NCBI GenBank assembly: GCA_965198175.1
Contig: OZ240245.1
Location: 352,001 to 416,000, forward strand
DNA from: Candidatus Poribacteria bacterium
GTDB taxonomy: Bacteria > Poribacteria > WGA-4E > PCPOR2b
DNA length: 64,000 nucleotides
Reading direction: 5' to 3'
In this document: positions 61,748 to 64,000 of the stretch, in pieces
Numbering within the stretch: position 1 is the stretch's first letter
How the letters are laid out: each line of letters starts with the position of its first letter
Notes under the pieces: generated by a model
Told to the model about the DNA's origin: nothing
Seen by the model: only the letters and a program-made list of their open reading frames with translations
Databases searched by the model: none
Translations under genes and position numbers: made by a program

Positions 61748-63085
61748 ATGAAATTCATGCGATTACAAAGAGCACAAGTCACCTGGTCTCAATTGCGTGT
61801 GGGAATTTTTACGAGTATCTGTCTGGCAATTATACTTTGGTTTTTATTTTATGGAGAGAATGGACTGAGAGCCATTCGTAATCAATTTACCGTTGAGACG
61901 ATTATTGATTCTGCATCAGGGGTCAAACCGGGGACCCCCGTCCGCTTGGCTGGAATTGAAGTTGGCGAAGCCAAGAAAGTTGAATTCATTCATCAAGAAG
62001 GGCTGCATAAAGTCCGTATCCAGATGGCACTGAGCAAAAATGCAGCCGAACACCTCAGAAGCGATTCGATTGTCCAGGTTAAGTCTGCAGGGCTAACTGA
62101 CAACAGGGTTATTGAGATTTCATTAGGCACCTCCGAAGGTGCCCTGGTTGCAGACGGTGACACATTGTCAAGCATTGCGCCGATGGAAGCAACTGTCGTC
62201 TTGAATCAGATAATGGCGCTCAGCAACAGCATGGATAGCTTCTTGAGTAGATTCGAGAGTCTTGTCAATCAGCTTCAAGTGGGTGATGGTACATTTGCAC
62301 AATTGCTGAAGGATGGGAAAATCTACCAAAGCCTGAACCAAGCAACTCAAGGTGTTTCCCATCTGATGTCAAATTTAAACGCGGGTCAAGGCATTCTTCC
62401 TCAATTACTTTCCGACGGACAACTTGCTGAGAATATTACACAGAGTGCTGCTTCGACAGCAGTTTGGGGCAAACAAGTTACCAATGGAGAAGGCACGTTG
62501 GGCAAGTTGAGCACGGATGCTGCACTCTTCAATCAGGCATTAACCCTAGCGACAAAAGGAGATCGAGTACTGGAGAACCTTGAGGCTCGCTTGGAGGCGG
62601 CGATTGCTTTGACGGAGGTGCTGGTTCAAAAAATATCCAACGGTGATGGAACGGCTGCAAAGTTTGTCAACACGCCGGAACTGTACAATCAAATTCACGC
62701 CACGGCTGAAAGGATGGAGCAGTTTATAGAGATCGCCCAGTCGGGCGAAGGAACAGTCGGGCAGTTCATGTCGGATGCGATGTTTGCCGAACAGGTTTCA
62801 GCAACTACGGCCTCCCTCGCAACGTTGACCCAAAAACTCAATACTCCCGGAAATACGTTCGACACACTTGCAACAGGATCGGATTTGGTGGATAGCCTGC
62901 TTGCAACGACGGTTCATTTGGAGTCTATCTTGACAAAAGTCAACAACGGAGAAGGTTCTCTGGGCAAATTAACTGATGATCAGCAGACCGCCGAAAGCCT
63001 TTCACAACTGATTGCCAATCTCAGGACACTCATTGCAGACATCCATGCAAATCCGAAGAAGTACGTTAAGCTCAGCCTTTTTTAG
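61748..63085 (+). CDS. mlaD: MlaD/MCE protein with long helical repeats
   Basis: G.PVRLAGIEVG, repeated G.GT.GKL, DI.ANPKKY. Confidence 0.9.
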   Translation: MKFMRLQRAQVTWSQLRVGIFTSICLAIILWFLFYGENGLRAIRNQFTVETIIDSASGVKPGTPVRLAGIEVGEAKKVEFIHQEGLHKVRIQMALSKNAAEHLRSDSIVQVKSAGLTDNRVIEISLGTSEGALVADGDTLSSIAPMEATVVLNQIMALSNSMDSFLSRFESLVNQLQVGDGTFAQLLKDGKIYQSLNQATQGVSHLMSNLNAGQGILPQLLSDGQLAENITQSAASTAVWGKQVTNGEGTLGKLSTDAALFNQALTLATKGDRVLENLEARLEAAIALTEVLVQKISNGDGTAAKFVNTPELYNQIHATAERMEQFIEIAQSGEGTVGQFMSDAMFAEQVSATTASLATLTQKLNTPGNTFDTLATGSDLVDSLLATTVHLESILTKVNNGEGSLGKLTDDQQTAESLSQLIANLRTLIADIHANPKKYVKLSLF

Positions 63086-63165
63086 AATTGACAATAGAAA
63101 TGTCTCTGAACCTTTCAAATCATACTTCCAGGCTTTTTACTGTTGAGTATGGATCGGGAGGCGCA

Positions 63166-64000
63166 ATGGATCTATTTGAAAAATGTTTCCATTTTACCAG
63201 CGGTAAAAGTGTCCTTGGGAAAGGGACCAAAGAAGCACGAGAAGCAGGGCTCTATCCTTACTTCATCCCGATCCAGGAATCTAGAGATACTGAAGTCATT
63301 ATTAATGGCGAAACAAAGGTAATGATCGGCTCCAATAATTACCTCGGTTTGACGCATCACCCAAAGGTTCTTGAAGCTGCCGCTGCTGCTGCTCAGAAAT
63401 ATGGCTCTGGCTGCACGGGAAGCCGCTTTCTGAACGGAACACTCGATATACACATCGCGCTCGAAGAAGCGCTTGCCGAATTTGTGCATAAGGAAGCTGC
63501 GTTGGTGTTTAGTACCGGCTTTCTAGTGAACCTTGGTGTGATTGATGCTATTGTAAAACGCAAGGACATCGCTTTCATTGATGCCTTGAGTCACGCGAGT
63601 ATCGTTGATGCATGTTTGTTCTCTCGGGGCGAAATGGTACGGTTTTCGCACAACGACTTAGAAGATCTCAGCCGCAGGTTGGAAATAGCGACTTCCCAAG
63701 GAGGAAAGCTCATAGTTGTGGAAGGTATTTACAGTATGGAAGGCGATGTCGCTAATCTTCCCGGTATCGTGAAAGTTGCCCAAAAATACGATTGCCGGTT
63801 GATGGTTGACGATGCCCACGCAGTTGGTGTTCTTGGACCAACAGGCGCAGGAAGTGCTGAACACTTCGATGTTGAAAACGAGGTGGACCTCATTATGGGG
63901 ACGTTCAGCAAGTCTTTTGCATGCATTGGAGGCTTTATCGCCGGTGAAGCAACTGTCCTTGACTACCTGAAACACCATGGTCGTAGTTTAATCTTTAGTG
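63166..64000 (+). CDS. Class II PLP alpha-oxoamine synthase, serine palmitoyltransferase-like (runs off window end)
   Basis: GGAGG RBS; MDLFEKC...GLYPYF, GSNNYLGL, GSRFLNGT, SHASI, DDAHA, GTFSKS; missing from the ORF track because there is no stop in the window. Confidence 0.85.
   Translation, partial: MDLFEKCFHFTSGKSVLGKGTKEAREAGLYPYFIPIQESRDTEVIINGETKVMIGSNNYLGLTHHPKVLEAAAAAAQKYGSGCTGSRFLNGTLDIHIALEEALAEFVHKEAALVFSTGFLVNLGVIDAIVKRKDIAFIDALSHASIVDACLFSRGEMVRFSHNDLEDLSRRLEIATSQGGKLIVVEGIYSMEGDVANLPGIVKVAQKYDCRLMVDDAHAVGVLGPTGAGSAEHFDVENEVDLIMGTFSKSFACIGGFIAGEATVLDYLKHHGRSLIFS

Overview
Bacterial chromosomal window spanning the replication origin. It contains dnaA-dnaN-recF-dciA(DUF721)-gyrB-gyrA on the minus strand, a divergent rpmH, and an oriC between dnaA and dnaN with about 10 DnaA boxes, DnaA-trios and an AT-rich tract. 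Further DnaA boxes lie upstream of dnaA. Accessory content includes three PhyH-family dioxygenases interleaved with two paralogous small proteins, a betagamma-crystallin/ConA-like fusion, TPR and NHL proteins, a tandem GH127-like fusion, an Ltp2-like thiolase/DUF35 pair, a P450, a penicillin acylase, an M16 peptidase pair, and MlaEFD followed by a serine-palmitoyltransferase-like gene. The PhyH/TPR/NHL richness is reminiscent of Candidatus Poribacteria; this is inference only. The two best candidates for undescribed systems are (1) a translationally coupled DUF488-DUF488-[dual-OB + RecQ] operon at 38218-42162, a possible DNA-lesion repair or conflict system, and (2) a cold-shock domain fused to two tandem Hfq/Sm-like domains at 44780-45778, a multi-module RNA chaperone. 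No rRNA, tRNA, CRISPR array or transposase was recognised. All family calls come from motif recognition by eye, not database searches.
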